Assembly (NCBI GenBank): GCA_945864585.1
Contig: CAMBCF010000005.1
Location: 4,992 to 68,991, forward strand
DNA: 64,000 bases
Source of the DNA: Bordetella parapertussis
Lineage (GTDB): Bacteria; Pseudomonadota; Gammaproteobacteria; Burkholderiales; SG8-41
Direction of reading: 5' to 3'
Positions within the stretch are counted from its first letter, which is position 1, and each line of letters opens with the position of its first letter. This document shows, piece by piece, positions 9,471 through 18,751 of the stretch. The notes under the pieces are model-generated. The model was not told where the DNA came from and ran no database searches. It worked only from the letters and a program-made list of their open reading frames with translations. The translations under genes were made by a program, and so were the position numbers.

Positions 9471-10883
9471 TCAAGGAAGACCGGCGCCGGCGATGGCGTC
9501 GGCGAGCGCACGTACGTCAGATAAGTTGTCGATATCCATGATGGCATCGGCGAGTTCTGCCGCTTGTTTATCGCTCACCCGTGCGTAGCGCAGGTTCGCC
9601 TTGAACTTTGCGAGCAGTTCATCTCCGCTGAGCGGATTGTCGGGGTGACCCTTCGCGCAGGTTTGTTCCACGTCGCGGGTGCCGAACGCGCCGTGCGCAC
9701 GGAGCTTGCAGCCGCCGATATCGCGGTGCGCGGCCGCTGTATCGGGCGCGCAGCTGATTTTCGCTATCCATTCGCGAAGCTTCGGCGACGGGGGAATTTC
9801 CTCGGCCAGCTGGCGGGGGGTTACTTCGCCGTGGGCCAGCACGCTTGCAACCGACCAAAAGACGCTGAACTGCGCGTTAACGCGGGATTGCGGTGCGCGT
9901 TTCTCCGGCGCATCGCGACCGACGACATCTAGCGCTTGTGGCGCCATTAAGAGCTCCACGCGCTCGATCTTATCCGTGTCGCGGCCAAGCTGCGCGCGCA
10001 GATCAAGCGCCGCACTGATTGCCGCATGCGTGAAGCGGCACGTCGGGTACGGCTTGATCGACAGGCGGTCGAATTCCCATTGCGTGCCGAGGCCTTGTAT
10101 CGCACGCGCGGGATCAAAGCGATCGTGCAAATAGACACGGCTCAAACCATCTTCACCGGTGAGCGGATGTTTGACGCCCGGCAAGCCGCCACTCGCCATC
10201 AATGCAGCGGTGACCGCGTTCGCCGCAGCGAAGCCGGGCTGCACGTGCTTGGTCGAAGCGCCTTCACGCGTCGACTGATGGTTGCCGCTCGCTAGGCAAT
10301 ACACGATGCCCAGCGCGTTGCGCAGCACCTCGGGATACGGATCGATCAGGCGCGCGGCGGCGAGCGTTGCGCCGAAGTGGCCGAGTAGCGCCGTGTAGAT
10401 CCAGCCACCTTCGATCAGATTGAGTTTTGTCGCGACACCGAGCCGGCACGTCAGCTCCACGCCGAGCAGCACGGCTTCGCACAATTCCTTTCCGCTCACT
10501 TCGCCACGCAATCCCGCTGCGGCGAATGCGGCCGGTATCGCCGCCGAGCCGGCGTGCAGTACTGCCTCGTCGTGCGTGTCGTCGAGCTCGAGGACGTGGC
10601 CGTAGTAGCCGTTGCAGAGCGCCGCCGTCGGCGCTGGCACGCGCGGTCCGCCGATCACGCGTGCGTCCGGCCTGCCGCCCATATCCACCAGCACCTTGAG
10701 CCATGGCGGGTACCCCGCTGCGGCGCGGCCGGCAATCGCCGCGCCAAGATAGTCGAGCAACTCGCGCCTGACGCTTACGCGCGTAGCTTCGGGCACCTGC
10801 GCCCAGCGCAGCGATAGCGAAAGATCGATGAATGCGTCGAACGTCTGCTCGGGTGCATCATGTGTGGTATGGGCTGCTTTCAT
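9471..10883 (-). CDS. MmgE/PrpD-family protein (2-methylcitrate dehydratase-like)
   Basis: 470 aa, family-typical length and N-terminal ..RRELLDYLGAAIAG.. / ..HVLELDDTH.. motifs. Confidence 0.85.
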   Translation of the reverse strand: MKAAHTTHDAPEQTFDAFIDLSLSLRWAQVPEATRVSVRRELLDYLGAAIAGRAAAGYPPWLKVLVDMGGRPDARVIGGPRVPAPTAALCNGYYGHVLELDDTHDEAVLHAGSAAIPAAFAAAGLRGEVSGKELCEAVLLGVELTCRLGVATKLNLIEGGWIYTALLGHFGATLAAARLIDPYPEVLRNALGIVYCLASGNHQSTREGASTKHVQPGFAAANAVTAALMASGGLPGVKHPLTGEDGLSRVYLHDRFDPARAIQGLGTQWEFDRLSIKPYPTCRFTHAAISAALDLRAQLGRDTDKIERVELLMAPQALDVVGRDAPEKRAPQSRVNAQFSVFWSVASVLAHGEVTPRQLAEEIPPSPKLREWIAKISCAPDTAAAHRDIGGCKLRAHGAFGTRDVEQTCAKGHPDNPLSGDELLAKFKANLRYARVSDKQAAELADAIMDIDNLSDVRALADAIAGAGLP

Positions 10884-10913
10884 GCGTTGCTCCGTATGTG
10901 CTATGGACGAATG

Positions 10914-11606
10914 CTACTCGGCGCTTATACCCGCCTGCTTGGCGATACGGCTCCACTTCGCGAGATCGTTGATGATGAGTTCGCCAAATGCTTTCGGCGT
11001 GGCGACCACCGGCTCGGCGGCTTCAGCGGACAGGCGCTTGGCCATATCCGGGTCGCGCAGGATCGCGTTGATCTCGCCGTTGAGCTTCATCACGATCGGT
11101 CCCGGCACACCCGCAGGCGCGAGTATGCCCCACCAAATCGCGCCGTCGTAGCCCGGCACGCCGATCTCGGAAACGGTCAGTAAATCCGGCAAAAGCGGAG
11201 AACGTTTGGCCGAGCCGACGCCGAGTGGCTTGAGTTTGCCTGAACGTATATGCGGCAGCGCCTGGATCAGCGTGCCGAACAGCACCTTGACCTGTCCCGT
11301 CATCACATCGAGCATCGAGGTCCCGCCGCCTTTGTAGGGAATATGTGCAAGCTTGACACCGGCGAGCATGTTGAATAGTTCACCGCCGAAATGGTTGAAT
11401 CCGCCGATACCGGACGATGCGTAGCGGATTTGCCCCGGTTTGCCTTTTGCCAACGCGACCAGATCCTTTATGGTCTTCGCCGGGAAGCTCGGGTGCGTGG
11501 CAATGGCGTTCCCGCCCGACGCAATCTGCGCGATGGGGATCAGCGACTTCAGCGGGTCGTAGGGCAGCTTGTGTACTGCGGGATTCATCGTATAAGTCGT
11601 TGACAC
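10914..11606 (-). pseudogene. Bug/TctC-family receptor, 5'-truncated (lacks signal peptide and about 95 N-terminal residues)
   Basis: 230 aa starting in mid-family (..LPYDPLKSLIPIAQI..KDLVALAKGKPGQIRYASSGIGGFNH..HIPYKGGG..); no signal peptide or YP.KP..VVPF..GG segment upstream. Confidence 0.7.
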
Positions 11607-11664
11607 AAGCCCTCATTGTAGGAAGTCGCATTGTCCTCAAAGTTTAAAGGCATTACGGTCTTGA

Positions 11665-11713
11665 TGTCAAATCATCTAAATCAATTGACAAATACTAGAG
11701 CGTTTATTACGAT
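11665..11713 (+). promoter_or_regulatory. sigma70-like promoter (TTGACA-17-TACGAT) with inverted repeat TGTCAA-N14-TTGACA over the -35
   Basis: TTGACA 11685-11690, TACGAT 11708-11713; TGTCAA 11665-11670 is the reverse complement of the -35 hexamer; 35 nt upstream of ATG 11748. Confidence 0.4.
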
Positions 11714-11747
11714 AGGTGCACATATCCTTTTTCAACCGTTCTGCCGA

Positions 11748-13061
11748 ATGCTGAAAATCCGTAGCAGCTCTGACGTTGACTTCACCGCCTTTCTGCGTCC
11801 AGACGACGTCGTTACTTGGCCGCAGGGAACGGGCGAGCCGGTCGGTCTCACGCGGCGGCTGGTGGAGCAGCGCCATGCTCTCCCACAGATCGATCTTTTC
11901 ATCGGCATGAGTTCGAGCAAAACGCTTGCGCCCGAGCACGCGGCGCTCGCGCCAGGGCACCCCGGTCGCTTTCGCCTGCGGGGTTTGAATGGCGCGGGCA
12001 CCAACCGCGTGCTGGCTGCCGCGAACGTGCTGGACATCGTGCCGTGTCACGTTTCGTCGGTGCCCGGTCTGATTCGCTCGCGAGCGTTGCGTGTCGATGT
12101 TGTGCTCTTACGCGTCCGTCCGCATCCGAAACCCGGCTACTTTACCGTCGGCGTGATGGCTGATTTCGTGCCCGCGATGGTCGCAGCGGCGCGTTACGTG
12201 ATCGCCGAGGTTGATGAGCGCCTACCCATCACCGCGCAGGACGCGCTGGTCGCCGAAGCCGACATTGACGTGCTCGCGCAATGTGACGCTGGCGAGATCC
12301 TGCTGCCGGATCCGGAGCCTGCCGAAATCGATGTGCGTGTCGCTGCGCAGGCCGCCGCGTTGATTCCAGACGGCGCCACGATACAGCTCGGCGTCGGCAC
12401 TTTGCCCGTCGCGGTGTGCCGGGCGCTTAGCGGTCACCGCGATCTCGGTGTACACAGCGGCGTCATTTCCGACGCGCTGGTCGATCTGGTGGAGAAGGGT
12501 GTTGTCACCAACGCGCGCAAAGGCATCGATGTGGGAACGATCGTGACTGGCGGGCTGTTTGGCACCCGGCGCCTGATGCAGTTCGCCGATGGCAATAACG
12601 GCGTGCATCTGCGCGCCTCTGACTACACCCACAATCAGACTGTCATGTCGCGCGTACAGAAGCTCCATACCATCAACTCCGGCCTCGAAATCGACCTCAC
12701 GGGACAGGTCAATTCCGAAGTGGCGGGCAGCCGTTATCTGGGCGCAGTCGGCGGTCAGGTGGATTTCGTGCGCGGCGCGCAATCCTCTCCCGGAGGTCGC
12801 TCGATCATCGCGCTGTCCTCGACCACACCCGATGGCAAGCATTCGCGCATCGTCGCGTCGCTGGCCGGCCGCCCCGTTACCACGCCGCGCTCCGACGTCG
12901 ATCTGGTGGTGACCGAATACGGCGTTGCCGACTTGCGCGGCCGCTCGTTTACCGAGCGTGCAGCGCGGCTTGCGGCGATTGCGCATCCCGATTTCAGATC
13001 CGAACTCAGGGCCAATACGACGCACGCGAACGCGAAAGCAAACCCAAGAATGCAGACATGA
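11748..13061 (+). CDS. acetyl-CoA hydrolase/transferase family protein (4-hydroxybutyrate/succinyl-CoA transferase-like)
   Basis: ORF 11631-13061; start taken at MLKIRSSSDVDF (11748); ..QLGVGTLP.. and ..GAVGGQVDFVRGA.. family motifs. Confidence 0.85.
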   Translation: MLKIRSSSDVDFTAFLRPDDVVTWPQGTGEPVGLTRRLVEQRHALPQIDLFIGMSSSKTLAPEHAALAPGHPGRFRLRGLNGAGTNRVLAAANVLDIVPCHVSSVPGLIRSRALRVDVVLLRVRPHPKPGYFTVGVMADFVPAMVAAARYVIAEVDERLPITAQDALVAEADIDVLAQCDAGEILLPDPEPAEIDVRVAAQAAALIPDGATIQLGVGTLPVAVCRALSGHRDLGVHSGVISDALVDLVEKGVVTNARKGIDVGTIVTGGLFGTRRLMQFADGNNGVHLRASDYTHNQTVMSRVQKLHTINSGLEIDLTGQVNSEVAGSRYLGAVGGQVDFVRGAQSSPGGRSIIALSSTTPDGKHSRIVASLAGRPVTTPRSDVDLVVTEYGVADLRGRSFTERAARLAAIAHPDFRSELRANTTHANAKANPRMQT

Positions 13062-13840
13062 ACGACGCCGGTCTTGTTGTGGAACAGCGCGCAGAGGGGA
13101 TCGTGCAGATCCGGCTCAACCGTCCCGATCGCCTGAACGCGCTCGGCGTGGATATGGTTGTGGCGTTGGAGCGCGCCGTGAGCGAGGCCATCGCAGCGCG
13201 CGCGCGCGTGATTCTCGTGCGCGGCACCGGTCGTGCCTTCTGCGCGGGCGCCGATCTGAAGGAACGCCGCACCATGGACGAGTCAGCGCGCGTGCAGCAC
13301 AATCGCCAGATCAACGCTGCGATAGACGCGCTCGCGGCGGCGCCCATGCCGACGATTGCCGTGGTCAACGGTCTTGCGCTCGGCGGCGGCTGTGAAATCG
13401 CCCTCGCGTGCGATATGCGCATTGCCTCGGAAGAGGCGCAGCTCGGGCTGACCGAAGCGCGCATCGGCGCCATTCCCGGCGCGGGCGGAACGCAGCGCCT
13501 GCCGCGTCTCATCGGCGCGGCGCGCGCGCTTGATATGATATTGACTGGCGAGCCAGTCACCGCCAGGCGCGCTGCCGAGATCGGACTGGTGAACGCCGTG
13601 GTGCCGGGCGACGCGCTTGATGGGCACGTGGAGCGCCTCGCCGGGGTGCTCGCATCGCGTTCGCCGCGCGGCGCACAGACCGCCAAGCGCCTCATCTATC
13701 GCGGGATCGAAGTACCGCTCGGCGACGCCCTGCAACTGGAGCGCGCGGCGCTGAAAGACATACTCGCGTCCGCAGACTACGCGGAAGGGCTCGCTGCTTT
13801 TGCCGAAAAGCGCCCGCCCCGGTTCGGGGGCGGGAACTAG
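13058..13840 (+). CDS. enoyl-CoA hydratase/isomerase (crotonase family)
   Basis: 260 aa; RAFCAGADLKE..NGLALGGGCEIALACD.. oxyanion-hole motifs; ATGA overlap with upstream gene. Confidence 0.9.
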   Translation: MNDAGLVVEQRAEGIVQIRLNRPDRLNALGVDMVVALERAVSEAIAARARVILVRGTGRAFCAGADLKERRTMDESARVQHNRQINAAIDALAAAPMPTIAVVNGLALGGGCEIALACDMRIASEEAQLGLTEARIGAIPGAGGTQRLPRLIGAARALDMILTGEPVTARRAAEIGLVNAVVPGDALDGHVERLAGVLASRSPRGAQTAKRLIYRGIEVPLGDALQLERAALKDILASADYAEGLAAFAEKRPPRFGGGN

Positions 13841-13957
13841 CCGGGCGCTGATTTTCGCTAGGCTGCGGATACGGGAGGATAGTGTCAAAAATAACTGTTT
13901 TAAATCAATAAGTTACTAAATTTTTTTCAGTCATATCAAAAAACACCAGGACGCGCG

Positions 13958-14731
13958 ATGAACGAAAAGAATGTCTCGATTTTTCGCAGCAAGGCGGAGC
14001 ACGTTGCGCATAGCCTGCTTGAGCGTATTCTCGCCGCGCGCATCAAACCCGGAGCGAGCTTCGCGACAGAAGCCGAACTGCTGTCGCAGTTCAACGTGAG
14101 CCGGCCTACATTGCGCGAAAGTCTGCGCATGCTGGAGTCGCAGGGTGTGCTCGCCATGAAACCGGGACCTGGCGGTGGCATCATCGTCGGCGAGCCGAGC
14201 ATCGACCTGCTCGCGCATGGTCTATCCGTGTTTCTTCGCCTGCACGAGGTGCCGTTTATAACGGTGCTCAAGGCGCGCGAGGTCATCGAACCGGCGCTTG
14301 CGCGCGAAGCGGCGATCCACGCGACGCAAGACGACTTCGCGGCGCTTGAGCAATCGATCGCGCGCATGAAAGCGCTACTGGCGGATGCCGATCAGGAAGC
14401 TTTCATCGAAGAGAACCTCGTCTTTCACCGTACTATCACGCGGGCGAGCGGCAACAAGGTGCTGGAGGCGTTCTGGTCAACCATCACCGTACTCGAGAGT
14501 GAGCAATTGCGGGACATCCGGTTTTCGGTCGGCAATCAGGCGCACGTGGCCGCAGCGCATGAGCGCATTCTCGCCGCGTGCCGCGCGCGCGATGGTGATG
14601 CCGCCGCTGCCGCCATGCAGGAGCACGTGAGCGGGCTCGAGAGTCTTGTGCGCACGCATTACCAGCATTTGCTCGCCCATCCGACGAACGTCGTTGCGCG
14701 GCCCGGGCGCACGGTCGGCCAAAATACCTGA
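13958..14731 (+). CDS. GntR/FadR-family transcriptional regulator (FCD domain)
   Basis: 257 aa; ..TEAELLSQFNVSRPTLRESLRMLESQGVLAMKPGPGGG.. HTH. Confidence 0.85.
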   Translation: MNEKNVSIFRSKAEHVAHSLLERILAARIKPGASFATEAELLSQFNVSRPTLRESLRMLESQGVLAMKPGPGGGIIVGEPSIDLLAHGLSVFLRLHEVPFITVLKAREVIEPALAREAAIHATQDDFAALEQSIARMKALLADADQEAFIEENLVFHRTITRASGNKVLEAFWSTITVLESEQLRDIRFSVGNQAHVAAAHERILAACRARDGDAAAAAMQEHVSGLESLVRTHYQHLLAHPTNVVARPGRTVGQNT

Positions 14732-14765
14732 TTCAAATTTCAAAAAGTTAAAAAAGGAGAGCGCT

Positions 14766-15929
14766 ATGGATTTCAAACTGAACGACGAGCAACGCAGCAT
14801 AGTGCGCACGGTGCGCGAACTCAGCCAGGACCTGTTCAAGCCGAACGCGCCGAAGTATATGGACGGCACCTTCCCGTGGGACAACATCCGTGCGCTGGCG
14901 AAGATCGGCGTGCTGGGGATGGCCGTGCCGGAGGAGTACGGCGGGCTCGGCCTGCCGGTGCTGGACACGGCGCTTGTTCTCGAAGAGATCGCGAAAGGCT
15001 GCTACGTGACCGCGATGGCCGTGATGGGCGAAGTGGGCGTGCAGTGCAAGATCATCGACAACTTCGCCCCTGACAGCATCAAGCGCCGCCTGCTGCCTGG
15101 CGTTTGCACCAGTGAAGTCATACTCGCCGTGTGCATGACCGAGCCCCACGCCGGGACGGACGTTGCGAACTACCGCACCAACGCCGATATCCGCGGCGAC
15201 AAGCTCGTGCTGAACGGCGTCAAGACGCTGATCAGCCGTGTCGATGAAGCGCAGGCCTTCGTGGTGTTCAGCCGCGTCAACAAGCTGCCAGGCCGCGAAG
15301 GCATCGGCTGTGTCCTGATCGAGCGCGGCACGCCGGGATTCGAATGCACCGCGCGCTATCATACGATGGGCGGCGAGAATCTCGCAGAGATACAGTTCAA
15401 CAACTGTGAGCTGCCGCTGGAAAATCTGATCATACGCGAGGACGGATTCCGCAAGCTCCTGAATGCGTTTAACACGCAGCGGTGCCTCAACCCCAGCGTC
15501 TCGCTCGGCCTTGCGGAAGCCGCGTTTGAGGACGCTGTGAAGTATGCGCGCGACCGCACTGCATTCAACCGTCCGATTGGCGAGTTCCAGGCGATACGTC
15601 ACAAGCTGGCCGAGATGTATCGCGACATTGAAGCAAGCCGTTCGTTGTTGTATCGCGCCTGCGCGACGGCGAATCCGTTCCCCGATCCGTACATGGCCGC
15701 GATTGCGAAAATCACGGTGAACGAAATGTCGTTGCGCGTCACCAGCGAGGCCATCCAGATTCACGGCGGTTACGGTTTCACCGACGAATTCCCGGTGTCG
15801 CGCTACTATCGCGGTGCGCGCTACGGCACCCTCGGCGGCGGCACCACCGAAACACTGAAGGATCTTGTCGGCAAGAAGATCATGAGCGACTTTCCGGTCG
15901 ACGGGTTCCTCGGCATGGGCAATTTCTAG
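14766..15929 (+). CDS. acyl-CoA dehydrogenase
   Basis: ORF 14646-15929; start at MDFKLNDEQ (14766) with AAGGAGA RBS; ..CMTEPHAGTD.. and ..IHGGYGF.. motifs. Confidence 0.9.
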   Translation: MDFKLNDEQRSIVRTVRELSQDLFKPNAPKYMDGTFPWDNIRALAKIGVLGMAVPEEYGGLGLPVLDTALVLEEIAKGCYVTAMAVMGEVGVQCKIIDNFAPDSIKRRLLPGVCTSEVILAVCMTEPHAGTDVANYRTNADIRGDKLVLNGVKTLISRVDEAQAFVVFSRVNKLPGREGIGCVLIERGTPGFECTARYHTMGGENLAEIQFNNCELPLENLIIREDGFRKLLNAFNTQRCLNPSVSLGLAEAAFEDAVKYARDRTAFNRPIGEFQAIRHKLAEMYRDIEASRSLLYRACATANPFPDPYMAAIAKITVNEMSLRVTSEAIQIHGGYGFTDEFPVSRYYRGARYGTLGGGTTETLKDLVGKKIMSDFPVDGFLGMGNF

Positions 15930-15931
15930 CC

Positions 15932-16819
15932 ATGCGTTCGCTGCTTTTTGTGCCGGGCGACGACCAACGCAAAATCGCCAAAGCACTCACATCCGCGGCG
16001 GATGCGCTGATCCTTGATCTCGAGGACGCCGTGGCGCCGCAGCGCAAGACTGCCGCGCGCGAGGTATGCACCTCGGTGCTGCGTAGCGCGAATACCCCGA
16101 AGGCGCTGTTCGTGCGCATCAACGCGCTCGACACCGCCGATGCCGCGCTCGATTTGAACGCGATCGCCGGCGCGAAACTGTTCGGGATCGTGTTGCCTAA
16201 ATGCAGGCACGGGGACGATGTGCGGCGGCTCGCGCGCGAGCTTGACGTGATGGAAGCGCGCGCGGGCATCACCCCCGGCGGCATTCGCATACTGCCGATT
16301 GTCACTGAAACCGCCGCTTCACTGTTTGGTCTCGGCACTTACCGCGAGCCGCCGATTCCACGTTTATTCGGCATGATGTGGGGCGGAGAAGACCTCGCGG
16401 CCGATATCGGCGCCGTGACCAATCGCGACGCAGCCGGGCGCTACACGGCGCCCTTTGAACTGGCCCGCGCGCTGTGCCTGTTCGGCGCCGCAGGGGCCTC
16501 TGTGTTGCCGGTCGATGCGGTATACACCGATTTCCGTGACCGCGATGGCCTGAAGGCCGAGGCGCTGGAAGGCTTGCGCAGCGGTTTCGGCGCTAAGGCC
16601 GCGATACACCCGGCGCAGATCGAGGTCATCAACGAGGCGTTCACGCCTTCGCGTTCCGACATCGAATGGGCGCAGCGCGTGGTAACGGTATTCAATGACG
16701 CCGGCGATGCCGGCGTCGCAGCCATCGACGGCAGGATGCTCGATCGCCCGCATTTGAGAAGCGCGCGGCGCATGCTTGATCGCGCGCGTGAAGCCGGTGT
16801 ACTCGGCGAAATCGTCTGA
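15932..16819 (+). CDS. HpcH/HpaI aldolase / CitE-like acyl-CoA lyase (citramalyl-/malyl-CoA lyase family)
   Basis: 295 aa; MRSLLFVPGDDQRKIAKALTSAADALILDLEDAV signature. Confidence 0.85.
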   Translation: MRSLLFVPGDDQRKIAKALTSAADALILDLEDAVAPQRKTAAREVCTSVLRSANTPKALFVRINALDTADAALDLNAIAGAKLFGIVLPKCRHGDDVRRLARELDVMEARAGITPGGIRILPIVTETAASLFGLGTYREPPIPRLFGMMWGGEDLAADIGAVTNRDAAGRYTAPFELARALCLFGAAGASVLPVDAVYTDFRDRDGLKAEALEGLRSGFGAKAAIHPAQIEVINEAFTPSRSDIEWAQRVVTVFNDAGDAGVAAIDGRMLDRPHLRSARRMLDRAREAGVLGEIV

Positions 16820-16839
16820 TCGGCATTCTGGAGGCAGTC

Positions 16840-18051
16840 ATGTCAGCAATACCATCCGCATCGCACTACCCGCTAGCGGGCGTGACGGTGATCGACCTGT
16901 CCCATGTCTACAACGGGCCTTACGCAACTTTTATGATGGCGATGGCTGGCGCAGAGGTGATCAAGGTTGAGCCGCTTGGCGGCGAGCATCTGCGCAGCCG
17001 GGGCGACATGGGTGGGGCGGCGCTTCCCTTCGCGATGCTGAATTCCAACAAGAAGCCGGTTACGCTGAATCTCAAGTCCGAAAAGGGCCGCGATTTGCTG
17101 CACGAAATGGCGGCCCGCGCCGACATCCTGGTGGAGAATTTTGCTCCGGGTGTCACCGATCGTTTGGGTATAGGTCCTGCGGATTTGCACAAGATCAACC
17201 CGCGCCTCATCTATGGGTCGAGTTCGGGTTATGGCAAGACCGGCCCTTATCGCGACTACCCCGCCATGGATTTAGTCATGCAAGCGATGTGCGGCGTCAT
17301 GCATACCACCGGCTTTCCGGATCAGCCGCCGGTCAAGGCCGGCGCGGCCATGTGCGATTTCAGCGCAGGCATTCATCTTTACGCCGCGATCATGACGGCC
17401 CTTTACGAGCGCGAGCGCACCGGCAAGGGGCGCGTCGTGGAAGTTTCCATGCAGGACGCGACGTATGCGTCGCTGGCCTCGAATCTCGGCATGCTGCATG
17501 CGCGTGGCGCCGCCGCCCCGGCACGCACCGGCAACCGGCATGGCGGCCTGGGCATCGCGCCCTACAACGCCTATCCAACCCAGGACGGCTACGTGGTGCT
17601 CAACGCGCCGGGTGACAACCATTTCCGTTCGATACTCGATGTCATGGGCCGCTCCGATCTTAAGAACGATCCGCGCTTCCTGACCCGTGCGACGCGAGTC
17701 GCCAATTTCGCCGCGGTGGACGAACTGATCGAAGCCTGGACGAAAACGCAATCGAGAAACGAAGTGGCGCGGCGCATGCTGGCGGCCGCGGTACCCTGCG
17801 CGCCGGTGCGCGATCTTGCCGAAGTTATGCACGACGAGAACATGCACGCGCGCGGCAGCCTGCAATGGATCGACCATCCCGAACTCGGCTGCGTCGTTCT
17901 GCCCCATTCGCCGCTGGTGTACGAAGGAACGGCGCGCCGGCCGCTCGAGCCCAGCCTGCCGTTGGGCGCCAGCAACGATGTCATCTTCGGCGGCTGGCTT
18001 GGCCATTCCGAGGAAGAGCTGGCGGCTTACAAGGCCGAAGGCGTCATTTAA
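16840..18051 (+). CDS. family III CoA-transferase (CaiB/BaiF)
   Basis: 403 aa; GVTVIDLSHVYNGPYATFMMAMAGAEVIKVEP; paralog of the partial gene at 1-290. Confidence 0.9.
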   Translation: MSAIPSASHYPLAGVTVIDLSHVYNGPYATFMMAMAGAEVIKVEPLGGEHLRSRGDMGGAALPFAMLNSNKKPVTLNLKSEKGRDLLHEMAARADILVENFAPGVTDRLGIGPADLHKINPRLIYGSSSGYGKTGPYRDYPAMDLVMQAMCGVMHTTGFPDQPPVKAGAAMCDFSAGIHLYAAIMTALYERERTGKGRVVEVSMQDATYASLASNLGMLHARGAAAPARTGNRHGGLGIAPYNAYPTQDGYVVLNAPGDNHFRSILDVMGRSDLKNDPRFLTRATRVANFAAVDELIEAWTKTQSRNEVARRMLAAAVPCAPVRDLAEVMHDENMHARGSLQWIDHPELGCVVLPHSPLVYEGTARRPLEPSLPLGASNDVIFGGWLGHSEEELAAYKAEGVI

Positions 18052-18201
18052 GGGCGCGCCGGTTCGCCCAAGGGCGGCTCAATCTTGACTGTAACGCCAG
18101 CAGTGGTGCTCCGGTGTTTCGGGCCGGGACACGCGCGCGAAGGCGCCTCCACCAGCCTGGCGCCGCAAGCGATACCGTGACACTGAAAATCGCAGACTAC
18201 A

Positions 18202-18425
18202 CATACGGAACACGCCAAAACGCGTCAGCTCAGTGGGCGCGTTGGCGACAATTGCGAGGCCCTGCGCCAGCATCATTCGCGTGTCGCGCAGCGCTATGAT
18301 GCCATCGTCCCACAGACGTGCGCTGGCGTAGTAAGCGCTCGATTGACGTGCATATTGCTCGAGTATCGGCGCTTTAAACGTGGCTTCGTCCTCGGTTGTA
18401 AAGAATGATTGTCGCAGGAATTTTC
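18202..18425 (-). pseudogene. acyl-CoA carboxylase carboxyltransferase (methylcrotonyl-/propionyl-CoA carboxylase beta-like), C-terminal remnant
   Basis: Minus frame reads ..EATFKAPILEQYARQSSAYYASARLWDDGIIALRDTRMMLAQGLAIVANAPTELTRFGVFRM, the characteristic C-terminus; in-frame stop at 18471 upstream, native stop after FGVFRM lost. Confidence 0.65.
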
Positions 18426-18521
18426 GTCGCGTAAATTTCTTGCTGAAACTACGACAGCATGATCGCCGCTATGCATTGATGATAGCATTCACTTGATAAG
18501 CATACGCGCGAGGAAAATTTC

Positions 18522-18746
18522 TTGAGCCACCACCTGTTCGCTGCTGTAAGCATCGCAACACTCGCATTGCTTCCCGCATTCGTATCGGCGCAGCCCACCG
18601 TTGCCGCGAATAGCGTTGCCAAGCTGATTACAATGGCACGCGCGAAACCGGGCGCGTTGAATTGCGCCTCGGCAGGCACCGGCACACCCAATCATCTGGG
18701 CTGCGAGTTGCTCAAGGCACTGGGTGGCATCAAGGCTGAGCGATAA
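18522..18746 (+). pseudogene. Bug/TctC-family receptor remnant (signal peptide fused to mid-domain, then truncated)
   Basis: 74 aa: signal peptide ..ATLALLPAFVSAQ joined directly to ..SVAKLITMARAKPGALNCASAGTGTPNHLGCELLKALGGIK; about 125 internal residues and the C-terminal third are missing. Confidence 0.65.
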
Positions 18747-18751
18747 CCCCT

